The notes beneath the pieces were generated by a model. That model was not told where the DNA came from and did no database searches. It was given only the letters and a program-made list of their open reading frames with translations. From the NCBI GenBank assembly GCA_045576035.1, contig JAZNFN010000102.1, positions 1-29,786 on the forward strand: a stretch of 29,786 nucleotides of DNA, read 5' to 3'. This document shows, piece by piece, positions 18,958-27,276 of the stretch. Numbering within the stretch: position 1 is the stretch's first letter; each line of letters begins with the position of its first letter. The translations under genes were made by a program, and so were the position numbers. The stretch comes from Christensenellaceae bacterium (GTDB taxonomy: Bacteria; Bacillota; Clostridia; Christensenellales; Borkfalkiaceae).

Positions 18958-20371
18958 TCATAATCTTTCTAATCAGCCTCTCCTTGTCTTTTTGGATTTG
19001 GGTTTTTTCTTTCTTTGGCGGAAGATTTTCAGGCTTGGTCATTATGTAATAACGCATTTCGTCAAGACAGTGGTCGTCTTTTTTTACGGGGTTTTCACCG
19101 TCGCCCCAACGATAAGACTTTAATTCTTTTATAAGGTTTACGCAACTTTTAAAGATATAAATTTTAGGCTTGCCGTCATTTACTTTTAAATACTGTTTTA
19201 CACGCTGAATACCACTAAAAAGGTCTTTATTTACCTTGGGATTTACAGCAATATTAAAATCGTAAAAAAGTTCGGTTACGCTTTTTGAACTTGCCAAAGT
19301 CTTTTGGTTTGCCGCTGAGTCGATTAACGCTAAAAGTCTACCCTTGCTATCCCGTTTCCAACCGAGCGAAGCGCTTATTCGGTCTATGTTTTGTGCGTGA
19401 TACGAAACGTCTTTGCCCGCTTCAAACCACTCGGCAACAACGTAAACGTTTCCGTCATAGTCGACAGCGTACCAATGCGCTGACAAAGGGTTGTTTAGTC
19501 CTGGGTCGATTGATATTGTATCTTGCCAATCGGGTGGAACGTTAAACGGTTCTATAACGTGAACGTTTTCATCAAATTCGGGATACACTAAGCCCGCACT
19601 TGCCTTAAACCTACCGTAACGCCTACTTTCAAGTTGGTCTTCTGATAGTGATGCGGTAAGTGCGTCAACTTCACCTGTGTCAAGATAAGGATTATCCGCC
19701 CATTCCATAAACTCATACCACACTTGGTCAGAGTTTCCGCTGTTTAAATAAATTTCATCGTGGATAAAAGTAAGTCCTTTAAGCGGTGTCATCGTGCCGA
19801 AAATATCACCCTTTTTATCAAGAACACGCATTCGGCATTCATCGTAAATATCCTTGGGCGGTTCTTCGTCAAACCACACGAAGTCAAGCGAACTACCTTG
19901 AAACTTTTCTCTGCCTTGGTCGCAAGACTTAAAGCCGATAACAGACGTTCCGCCAAACACGTTTTTTATTCGTATTTGGTCTATTACGCCGTACTTTAAA
20001 CTGTCTTTTTTGCCAGCAAGCATAGTTACGTCTTCAATCCAACCTGGATTTAGGTATGAAAGAATTTTTGACTGCGCAACGTCCCTTTGAATTTGTTGTG
20101 AAAGTGAAACCACCCAACCGAAAACGTTATCCTTATTCGCTCTATAAGGGTGAACTCCTCGTGCCATATAAACGGCTTCTACTGCTCCGCACTCGGTCTT
20201 TCCGCTTCGGTTACCGCCAAACACCCATCTATTCTTTTTTTGGCATTTATGAAAAGCCACTTGCTTTTTGTGTATGAGCGTACCCGTATTATAATTTTTA
20301 AGCCTATCTTCACCGTTGCGACGCTTTATTTCGTTTTCAATTTTGACTATTCTTTCAATAAGTTCACGCAT
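18938..20371 (-). CDS. terL: Phage terminase large subunit
   Basis: Walker A FGGNRSGKT, Walker B DFVWFDEEP, coupling TMTP, nuclease ISIDPG and DDHCLDEMRY. Start ATG 20371 behind GGGAGG (track start 20407). Confidence 0.92.
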   Translation of the reverse strand: MRELIERIVKIENEIKRRNGEDRLKNYNTGTLIHKKQVAFHKCQKKNRWVFGGNRSGKTECGAVEAVYMARGVHPYRANKDNVFGWVVSLSQQIQRDVAQSKILSYLNPGWIEDVTMLAGKKDSLKYGVIDQIRIKNVFGGTSVIGFKSCDQGREKFQGSSLDFVWFDEEPPKDIYDECRMRVLDKKGDIFGTMTPLKGLTFIHDEIYLNSGNSDQVWYEFMEWADNPYLDTGEVDALTASLSEDQLESRRYGRFKASAGLVYPEFDENVHVIEPFNVPPDWQDTISIDPGLNNPLSAHWYAVDYDGNVYVVAEWFEAGKDVSYHAQNIDRISASLGWKRDSKGRLLALIDSAANQKTLASSKSVTELFYDFNIAVNPKVNKDLFSGIQRVKQYLKVNDGKPKIYIFKSCVNLIKELKSYRWGDGENPVKKDDHCLDEMRYYIMTKPENLPPKKEKTQIQKDKERLIRKIMNERKRQ

Positions 20372-20398
20372 AAATCCTCCCGCCGTAAAAGCGTGCTC

Positions 20399-20426
20399 AT
20401 TGTACACCCGATTGCGTTATTGTAAA
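20399..20426 (-). promoter_or_regulatory. Possible sigma-A-like promoter of the capsid module
   Basis: TTTACA-16 bp-TACAAT about 28 nt upstream of the terL start. Confidence 0.45.
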
Positions 20427-20469
20427 TAGGTTTATGACGTATAAAATAAAAAATATTAATAAATTATTT

Positions 20470-20502
20470 ATGGAATATTTTGATACAAAGATGGAATATT
20501 TT
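20470..20502. repeat. 12-bp direct repeat ATGGAATATTTT with a 21-bp period (candidate regulator site)
   Basis: Copies at 20470-20481 and 20491-20502 in the divergent intergenic region. Confidence 0.6.
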
Positions 20503-20566
20503 ATGATAATAATTTTTGTTTGTTTATATATAATAGATGTATACAAAAGTGTATAAGGAGAAAATT

Positions 20567-21151
20567 ATGAAAAAACTTTTATCTTCAATCTTGTGCTTGG
20601 TGTTAGCACTTACACTAGGGTTGGCGTGCTCTTGCAGTGCACCTGATTCATCCAATCCCCCAGGCGATAATCCGTCTACTCCGCCCGTAACAAATTCAGG
20701 CATTAGCGAAAATCAATGGGAAAATATCTTAGATAACTCTTCAATAGACAACGTAACAGTTCTTGAAGGTATCACCACCCCATCGCAAACCGCTGTGGAA
20801 AACACTGAATATAGCATTGACGGAAACAGAATTCACATTATTTATAGTGGTGTAAGACACGAAGACGTAACAGACTCTAATAAAGTTGCAAACCACAAAA
20901 AACTACATGGTTTTTATCAAAGCATCGAGTTTGACAATATGAGTTATAACAATGAAAAAGATTCTTACAGTGTTAGCGGAGAGATTGTAATCACAATTGA
21001 CGATAACGTTTATAAGTTTACTGATATTATCGTTAAGATAAACACTAAAATTTACGTTATTGAAAAGATAACGTCAACAAGAACGCTTGGAAGTGAAGTA
21101 AAGTTCGTTAGCAACACATACACACTGTTCGGGTCAACTTCTGCTTCCTAA
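20567..21151 (+). CDS. Hypothetical lipoprotein
   Basis: MKKLLSSILCLVLALTLGLAC signal peptide with lipobox, then a Pro/Ser/Asn linker and a beta-rich domain; SD AAGGAG (track start 20537). Confidence 0.75.
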   Translation: MKKLLSSILCLVLALTLGLACSCSAPDSSNPPGDNPSTPPVTNSGISENQWENILDNSSIDNVTVLEGITTPSQTAVENTEYSIDGNRIHIIYSGVRHEDVTDSNKVANHKKLHGFYQSIEFDNMSYNNEKDSYSVSGEIVITIDDNVYKFTDIIVKINTKIYVIEKITSTRTLGSEVKFVSNTYTLFGSTSAS

Positions 21152-21162
21152 AATAATAAAGC

Positions 21163-21200
21163 AAAACACCTTCTATGCTTGGTTGCATAGAAGGCGTTTT
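21163..21200. terminator. Bidirectional rho-independent terminator
   Basis: AAAACACCTTCTATGC-TTGGTT-GCATAGAAGGCGTTTT between convergent genes. Confidence 0.85.
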
Positions 21201-21260
21201 TATTTTGTATTTTGTTTTATAGGTTAATTGACGTTTGCTTAAATTGAAAACATTTTTTAC

Positions 21261-22943
21261 TTATTCCACAATAAGCAAAAAGTCGTAAACTGCTTGCTCG
21301 CCGTTAATTTCGTAAATTTCTTTTCCCTTAAACTTTTCATTAACGTATTGCGAATAGGCTTGTCTATCCTCACTTGAAGCATCTTTTCCGTAACAAACGA
21401 TTATAAACATTTTATCATCAGTCATCAACTTTTCAGTAAGTTCGATTGCTGAACAAATTTTATCGGGTGAACATAAAAGCACCTTTTTATTCGTAAACCC
21501 TATATATTCATCTTTTTTAACGTCAACGCCGTTTACCGTGGTTGTTCTTACTGCTTGTGAAACCATACCCGTCACAACGCTATCCATATCGCCTACCATA
21601 GTGCGCTCAATTAAGTCTGCATCTTCACTAGAAAAATCAAGCATAGATAGTGCTGCATAACCATCTCCAACACTCTTAGACGGAATAACTCTAACGTCAG
21701 AACCCTGATACATTTCACCCGCTTGCTTTGCGGTCAATATTATATTGCTGTTGTTAGGTAATACGAAAATACAATCGGCATTGACGTCTTCAAAAGCGTC
21801 TATAAACGCTTGGGAAGACGGATTGTTTGTCTGCCCACCGTCAATAACAACGTCAGCACCTAAATCCTTAAAAATTTCTATAATTCCAGAGCCGTTAGCA
21901 ACGGTAACTATTGCAAACTTTTTTCTTGCCTTTTTTACCGTTTTATTAATTTCAGCAACGGTGCTTTTTTTCTCCCCTAAGCTTTCATTGTGTTGCAGAG
22001 TCATATTTTCAATCTTTACAGTTAAAAACTCACCGAAAGATTGTGCGTACTGTAAAACTTTCCACGGCGTAAACGTGTGAACGTGAACTTTTAACACCGT
22101 CCCCGTAATAAAAGCGACCACCGAATCGCCAACCGTATTCAAAAATTCAATACATTCTTCAACCGAAAAAGTGTTTATATAGGTTTTTGCATTTTGAAGT
22201 TGTAATAAAAATTCAGTACAATACCCAAACTCCATAACGCTGTTTTCGTTAAACTTTGAAAAGTCCACGCTCTGTTTTGTCTGGTCGGCAGTTACTGCGA
22301 TTTCACTAATTGTTTGACCATTAAAATAATTTAAGAACCCTTCGATTATGTAAACTAATCCTGCACCACCGCTATCTATAACCCCTGCTTCTTTAAGCGT
22401 CGGTAAAAGGTCGGGTGTGTGGATAAGCGACTTTTTCATTTCTTCTAAAACGTCAAAAAAGAAAACTTGCGCAGTAGCGTCGTCGCCGTGGTATAAACGC
22501 ATATTTTCAACACTTTCTCTTGCAACGGTAAGTATAGTTCCTTCAACCGGTCTAGCAACTGCACCGTAAGCTTTTTGAACGCCCTTTTCCATAGCAAGTG
22601 CAAAGTCGGTCATACCCACGCTTTCAAAACCTTTAAGTCCTTCGGCTAGTCCAGAGAATAACTGCGATAAAATAACGCCAGAGTTCCCCCTTGCATTTAA
22701 TAACATTCCCTTAGAGAATTCGTTGGAAATGTGTTCAACGTTTCCGTCCTTTCCACTAATCGCATCAACACCACCCTTAATGGTTAAATACATATTTTCA
22801 CCCGTATCGCCATCGGGAATTGGGAACACGTTAAGGTCGTTTACTTCCTGTTCGTTTGCCCTTAAATTTTGAGCACCAAACAAGAACATATTTTTTAATA
22901 CTTCCCCCGTTATATGCTTTACACTTTCCATAACTTTCTCCAT
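21261..22943 (-). CDS. fakA: DAK2-domain fatty acid kinase subunit A (YloV/FakA family)
   Basis: NDLNVFPIPDGDTGENM, ARGNSGVILSQ, VIDSGGAG, FGYCTEF, KVHVHT and GGQTNNPS motifs. The true start may be ATG 22931. Confidence 0.9.
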   Translation of the reverse strand: MEKVMESVKHITGEVLKNMFLFGAQNLRANEQEVNDLNVFPIPDGDTGENMYLTIKGGVDAISGKDGNVEHISNEFSKGMLLNARGNSGVILSQLFSGLAEGLKGFESVGMTDFALAMEKGVQKAYGAVARPVEGTILTVARESVENMRLYHGDDATAQVFFFDVLEEMKKSLIHTPDLLPTLKEAGVIDSGGAGLVYIIEGFLNYFNGQTISEIAVTADQTKQSVDFSKFNENSVMEFGYCTEFLLQLQNAKTYINTFSVEECIEFLNTVGDSVVAFITGTVLKVHVHTFTPWKVLQYAQSFGEFLTVKIENMTLQHNESLGEKKSTVAEINKTVKKARKKFAIVTVANGSGIIEIFKDLGADVVIDGGQTNNPSSQAFIDAFEDVNADCIFVLPNNSNIILTAKQAGEMYQGSDVRVIPSKSVGDGYAALSMLDFSSEDADLIERTMVGDMDSVVTGMVSQAVRTTTVNGVDVKKDEYIGFTNKKVLLCSPDKICSAIELTEKLMTDDKMFIIVCYGKDASSEDRQAYSQYVNEKFKGKEIYEINGEQAVYDFLLIVE

Positions 22944-23000
22944 TGTAAATCATTAGTTTAATTTTATTAAACATTTATTAACTGTATATTAACTAAATTG

Positions 23001-23030
23001 AAAAAGGCGGTATACGCTACCACCTTTTCT
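23001..23030 (-). terminator. rho-independent terminator after the phosphohexomutase gene
   Basis: Minus strand AAAAGGTGGTA-GCG-TATACCGCCTTTTT. Confidence 0.7.
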
Positions 23031-23048
23031 TTTGTATTTGTTTACTAT

Positions 23049-24551
23049 TTATTTAATGTAATTTTCAAGCGAAGATTTATCAAGTTTATCGTAAGAAGTA
23101 ATAAATTCACAAAGTTCACTTGCAATCTTTTTCGCACCGCCCTTATCGTTACTTTCGATGTTTAGCGGTAAAAGTGGGTCGTGGAGCGATAAGCGGAGCA
23201 AGAACCAACCGTTGCCGTGATTTTTGTCAAGGTTTACCCTTACGCCTTCAAAGTTATCGGTTGCTAAACTCCAACCGTCCTTATTCTTAGCGTATTCGGT
23301 GAGCTCGTCAATAACGCTTGCACCGTAAGATTTAAAATCTTCAAGCAATATGTTCATTCTAAATTCTACGCTTTCTTCGGGTTCGGCAAGACTTTCAATT
23401 AGCGACTGCAAAGTGTAGCCTTGCTTTTTACCACGGGCAAGTTCAATCAAAAGTTTGGTAACGATATATGCTCCGTCGTCAAGGAAGTAATTTTCCTTAA
23501 ACGCACCGTGTCCTGACGTTTCAATCGCAAGTTGGCTATCTTGACCTAAGCCGTTTAGCCTAATTGATTCGTTGATAACGTTTCTATATCCCCTCTTGAA
23601 GCGGTGATGTATTCCGCCTTTTTCCTTAATAAAGTCAGCAAGACCGGTTGAAGTGATAGAGTCGGTTACGATAGTAGTACCGGGGTGTTCACGCAAAAGT
23701 ATTGCAGAAAGCATTGCTATAATGCGGTTTCTGTTAAGTTCACTTCCGTCGGATAATACAGCACCTGCACGGTCAACGTCGGTATCAAAAATAATACCAA
23801 GGTCAGCGCCCGTTTCTTTAACGGCTTGGGTAATTGATTCCATAGCTTCTTTATTTTCAGGGTTGGGTATATGGTTAGGAAAACTTCCGTCAGGTTCTAA
23901 ATAACGGCTTCCGTCAGTGTTTGCGCCAAGTGGTTTTAACACTTTGTCAACGTAAAATCCGCCTGCACCGTTACCTGCGTCAACGACGATTTTAAAGCCT
24001 TCAAGCGGTTTTTGTTCGCCCGTTGCTTTTCTAATCTTATCGGCAAGAATATTTGAATACGCATCCATAAACTCGCCGTCAACTATGCTTCCTATTTTAA
24101 GTCCCGTTTTTTCATCGCTTTCAGCGTATGTTAAAATTTGTTTAATATCTTCCTTTTCAAGTCCACCTTGTGCAGTAAAGAACTTAAATCCGTTACGGTT
24201 AAAAGGAAGGTGGCTTGCAGTAATCATAACCGAACCGTCAAAAGCATAGCCGTCGGTTACAGTCGACATAAACATTGCAGGGGTTGAAGCCATCTTAAAG
24301 TCGGTTACGTTAATGCCCGACTCAACCATTGCTGAGCAAAGCCATTCACAAAGTTGTTCACCCGATAAACGTGAGTCTCTGCCGACAGCAACACGCAAAT
24401 CGTTCTTTCCCGTCTTTTTTATAAGCCACAATGCAAATCCCCTACCGATGTCTTTACATACTTTTTCGGTAAGATTGACGTTTTGACCTTCTATTCCTTC
24501 AAGCGCTACACCACGAATATCGCTTCCGTTTTGCAATTTTTTATAATCCAT
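23049..24551 (-). CDS. Phosphoglucomutase/phosphomannomutase family protein
   Basis: NGSDIRG, catalytic TASHLP, metal loop FDTDVDR and ETSGHGA motifs. Start ATG 24551 behind AAGGAG (track start 24623). Confidence 0.92.
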   Translation of the reverse strand: MDYKKLQNGSDIRGVALEGIEGQNVNLTEKVCKDIGRGFALWLIKKTGKNDLRVAVGRDSRLSGEQLCEWLCSAMVESGINVTDFKMASTPAMFMSTVTDGYAFDGSVMITASHLPFNRNGFKFFTAQGGLEKEDIKQILTYAESDEKTGLKIGSIVDGEFMDAYSNILADKIRKATGEQKPLEGFKIVVDAGNGAGGFYVDKVLKPLGANTDGSRYLEPDGSFPNHIPNPENKEAMESITQAVKETGADLGIIFDTDVDRAGAVLSDGSELNRNRIIAMLSAILLREHPGTTIVTDSITSTGLADFIKEKGGIHHRFKRGYRNVINESIRLNGLGQDSQLAIETSGHGAFKENYFLDDGAYIVTKLLIELARGKKQGYTLQSLIESLAEPEESVEFRMNILLEDFKSYGASVIDELTEYAKNKDGWSLATDNFEGVRVNLDKNHGNGWFLLRLSLHDPLLPLNIESNDKGGAKKIASELCEFITSYDKLDKSSLENYIK

Positions 24552-24594
24552 TTTTATCTCCTTAAAACCACGTTCGGCTTTATTTGTTTTGTTT

Positions 24595-24623
24595 ATTGTA
24601 CCACAATTACCAACTAAAATCAA
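24595..24623 (-). promoter_or_regulatory. sigma-A-like promoter of the phosphohexomutase gene
   Basis: TTGATT-17 bp-TACAAT with an extended TG. Confidence 0.55.
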
Positions 24624-24703
24624 TTGAAAGGTGGGTGAAAATTAAAAACCTTTTTATCTTTTGTCTGCGTTAGTTAAATAATGTATATATTAACTTAATA
24701 TAA

Positions 24704-24732
24704 TTGACTTTTTGTTTATTTTATAGTAAAAT
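24704..24732 (+). promoter_or_regulatory. sigma-A-like promoter of the symporter gene
   Basis: TTGACT-17 bp-TAAAAT. Confidence 0.55.
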
Positions 24733-24775
24733 ACTCTTAATTTTGTTTATAAAAATATTTTTTTGGGAGTGTATT

Positions 24776-26350
24776 ATGAACGTATTTGAACTTGTCTCTT
24801 TTATCATTTACTTTTTGTTCGTTCTCGGCGTAGGCATTTATTTCTTCTTCAAAAGCAAGGATAAAGGTGAAAAAGACTACTTCTTGGGTGGCAAAAATAT
24901 GGGCGGTTGGGTTTCCGCTTTAAGCGCAGGTGCTTCGGATATGAGTGCTTGGGTTCTTATGGGACTTCCCGGCGCTATCTACCTTTCGGGCATGAACCAA
25001 ATTTGGATTTCTATCGGTCTTATTATCGGAACTATTTGTGCTTGGATTTTTATTGCACCAAATCTTCGCAAGTATGCTATTAAAGCAAACGATGCGATAA
25101 CCGTACCAGAATTTCTTTCAAATAGATTTATGGCTAAAAGTCCTATACTAAGAATTGTTTGCGCAGTCGTGTTTGTCGTAGGATACTTAGTTTACGCCGC
25201 TTCTTCTATCTATGCTTGCGGTAACTTGTTCGCTATGCTTGTTCCTAGTGACGCTGCCGATATGAAATTAATCGGTATGATTATTTTTGCTGTGATTATT
25301 TTGGGTTACACTCTTCTTGGCGGATTTAAGGCAGTTTGTTGGACAGACTTCTTCCAAGGAATGCTAATGCTCTTTGCACTTATGATAGTTCCTATCGTTA
25401 TTTCTATCATAATCGGTGCTAACGGTCCAACAGGAACGGCTGGTACACCTGGTGAACATTATTACAGTCTTCTTGTAAACGGAGAATGGAGTTGGAGCAG
25501 TGTTGCCAACATTTTAACCGGCTTAGGTTGGGGCTTAGGTTATATGGGTATGCCCCACATTATTGTTAGATATATGGCAATAAAATCTAAAAAGGAAATG
25601 AAAAAATCGCAAATAATCGGTTCGTCTTGGACTTTCCTTATTCTTACAATGGCAACCGTTTTAGCACTTGTAGCACGTTCTTATCTTGCAACGCCGTTAG
25701 ATAGTTCTAACAAAGAACTTGTGTTTGCATTATCAGTTCGTCAATTAGTTGGCACAGGCGCTCTTGCACTTGTAGGTGGATTGCTTATCGCTGCAATCTT
25801 AGCGGCTTCAATGAGCACTGCTGACTCACAGCTTCTCTCATCTTCTTCGGCTTTTGCTTCGGATATTTATAAAACCGTAATTAACAAAAAGGCATCTGAC
25901 AAAACCATCTTGAACGTTGGCAGATTTGCAGTTGTAGGCGTTACGATATTAGCATTCGCCCTTGCTGTTTTAGTCCACGTTCTAAGCTTGACAGACATTA
26001 TGGGCTTAGTTTCAGCCGCTTGGTCAATTTTCGGTGCTGCATTTGGTCCCGTAATCGTTTTAAGCCTTTTCTGGAAAAGATTCAACTATAACGGTGCTGT
26101 CGTAAGTTTAATTACAGGTTTTGTCGTTTCTATTCTTTGGATGGTTTTATTCAACCTTGAATACTATGGATTTAATAGCGTTATAGCAAATACCGAATTG
26201 TACGAAATAGTTCCTGGCTTTATCGTAAGCTTAATTGCCGGCATTGTTGTATCTCTTTGCACTAAGGCTCCGTCAAAAGAAGTTGTTGAACTTTTCGACC
26301 AAGTTAAGTCTTGGAAAGAAGAAGATACTGACGCTACTGTTGAAGCGTAA
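24776..26350 (+). CDS. putP: Sodium/proline symporter (SSS family)
   Basis: DYFLGGK, ALSAGASDMSAWVLMGLPG, GWGLGYMGMPHI, ASMSTADSQLL and AAFGP motifs; start ATG 24776 behind GGGAG. Confidence 0.88.
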   Translation: MNVFELVSFIIYFLFVLGVGIYFFFKSKDKGEKDYFLGGKNMGGWVSALSAGASDMSAWVLMGLPGAIYLSGMNQIWISIGLIIGTICAWIFIAPNLRKYAIKANDAITVPEFLSNRFMAKSPILRIVCAVVFVVGYLVYAASSIYACGNLFAMLVPSDAADMKLIGMIIFAVIILGYTLLGGFKAVCWTDFFQGMLMLFALMIVPIVISIIIGANGPTGTAGTPGEHYYSLLVNGEWSWSSVANILTGLGWGLGYMGMPHIIVRYMAIKSKKEMKKSQIIGSSWTFLILTMATVLALVARSYLATPLDSSNKELVFALSVRQLVGTGALALVGGLLIAAILAASMSTADSQLLSSSSAFASDIYKTVINKKASDKTILNVGRFAVVGVTILAFALAVLVHVLSLTDIMGLVSAAWSIFGAAFGPVIVLSLFWKRFNYNGAVVSLITGFVVSILWMVLFNLEYYGFNSVIANTELYEIVPGFIVSLIAGIVVSLCTKAPSKEVVELFDQVKSWKEEDTDATVEA

Positions 26351-26372
26351 AATTAACGGCTAAAATTATTAT

Positions 26373-26407
26373 AAACTGCGTATACTATTGGTGTACGCAG
26401 TTTTTTG
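26373..26407 (+). terminator. rho-independent terminator after putP
   Basis: AAACTGCGTATAC-TATTG-GTGTACGCAGTTT followed by a T run. Confidence 0.8.
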
Positions 26408-26409
26408 TT

Positions 26410-27003
26410 ATGAAATTATTAGGCAATGAAAAGTTATTGAAAATTACTTATAAGATTTTAACCGTCCTTTTATCTATTTGTTGGGCGATTATGGCGTGTT
26501 GGGGACTTTTTTCGTTTGTAAAGGTTAAATACCTTTACCCACTTTCATTTAAGGAAGAAATTATAGAATACGCCGACTATTACGGGCACGACCGTGCACT
26601 TATTTTTGCAGTGGTTAAAACCGAAAGCGGTTTTGATAAAAATGCGGTAAGTAGTGCTGGTGCTATCGGACTTATGCAAATTACTGAAAAGACGGGAAAA
26701 TATATCGCTCAACGCTTAGGCGTGGAAAACTACGACCTAAACGACGTTGAAACAAACCTTGACTTCGGCTGTTTTTATATTAAGTATCTAATTTTAAGGT
26801 TTGAAAACTTAGATACCGCACTTATCGCCTATAACGCTGGCGAAGGAAACGTTGCGCTTTGGCTTCAAAATAAAGAGTACAGTACGGATAAAAAAACACT
26901 AATTAATATACCTTTTTCCGAAACTAATGAGTATATAAAAAAAATTCACGAAAACTTTTCAAAATATAAAAAAATCTATGGAAAATTCCTTGACAAAGTT
27001 TAA
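26410..27003 (+). CDS. Lytic transglycosylase (SLT domain) with N-terminal membrane anchor
   Basis: Catalytic TESGFDKNAVSSAGAIGLMQI and ALIAYNAGEGNV motifs. Confidence 0.9.
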   Translation: MKLLGNEKLLKITYKILTVLLSICWAIMACWGLFSFVKVKYLYPLSFKEEIIEYADYYGHDRALIFAVVKTESGFDKNAVSSAGAIGLMQITEKTGKYIAQRLGVENYDLNDVETNLDFGCFYIKYLILRFENLDTALIAYNAGEGNVALWLQNKEYSTDKKTLINIPFSETNEYIKKIHENFSKYKKIYGKFLDKV

Positions 27004-27018
27004 AATTTTGAGTAATAT
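26990..27018 (+). promoter_or_regulatory. Promoter of tRNA-Leu, overlapping the 3' end of the SLT gene
   Basis: TTGACA-17 bp-TAATAT. Confidence 0.65.
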
Positions 27019-27034
27019 ATAAAGGCTTAAACGC

Positions 27035-27117
27035 GTGAGGGTGGCGGAATTGGCAGACGCGTACGTTTGAGGGGCGTATGGTTATCCGTGTGGGTTCAAG
27101 TCCCATCCTTCACACCA
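27035..27117 (+). tRNA. tRNA-Leu(GAG)
   Basis: Acceptor stem GTGAGGG/CCTTCAC, D arm GGCGGAATTGGCAGACGC, anticodon arm TACGT-TTGAGGG-GCGTA, variable arm, GGTTCAAGTCC T loop and encoded CCA. Confidence 0.97.
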
Positions 27118-27155
27118 AAAATAGTCCAGACACTTTTGTTCTAGGACTATTTTTT
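27118..27155 (+). terminator. Terminator after the tRNA
   Basis: AAAATAGTCC...GGACTATTTTTT. Confidence 0.75.
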
Positions 27156-27217
27156 ATTATGTTAAGAAAGTAAGGTGGGACTTGGACGAAGTCCTCCGTA
27201 GCGAAGAGTAGGAATAA

Positions 27218-27252
27218 AAAACAGCATAAAACCAAAGTTTAATATGCTGTTT
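27218..27252 (-). terminator. Probable terminator of the 27277-28956 gene
   Basis: AAACAGCATA...TATGCTGTTT inverted repeat; the A run on the plus strand gives a U tract on the minus strand. Confidence 0.6.
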
Positions 27253-27276
27253 CTATTAATAAATTATTTAATTAAC

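Larger units (their letters stand above)
12377..20371 (-). mobile_element. Phage-derived DNA-packaging/head/short-tail module (GTA-like or domesticated prophage remnant)
   Basis: Eight co-directional, abutting or overlapping ORFs including clear TerL, portal and capsid. No integrase, att repeat, repressor, replication or lysis gene in or next to the block. Confidence 0.8.

Noticed and set aside
12377-20371. Complete inducible prophage
   Set aside because: No integrase, att repeats, immunity, replication or lysis modules; both sides are ordinary host genes within the window.
20400-20470. Sporulation sigma-factor (SigE/SigK) promoter for the capsid module
   Set aside because: A GTCATA is present on the minus strand, but no properly spaced CATA-type -10 element could be matched.
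26410-27003. SLT as the lysin or tail lysozyme of the capsid module
   Set aside because: It is 6 kb away on the opposite strand, separated by housekeeping genes, and looks like the common membrane-anchored Clostridial SLT; no link is visible.
26924-27106. 60-aa minus-strand ORF MGLEPTRITIRPSNVRVCQFRHPH
   Set aside because: It is the reverse-complement translation of tRNA-Leu, a known spurious ORF type.
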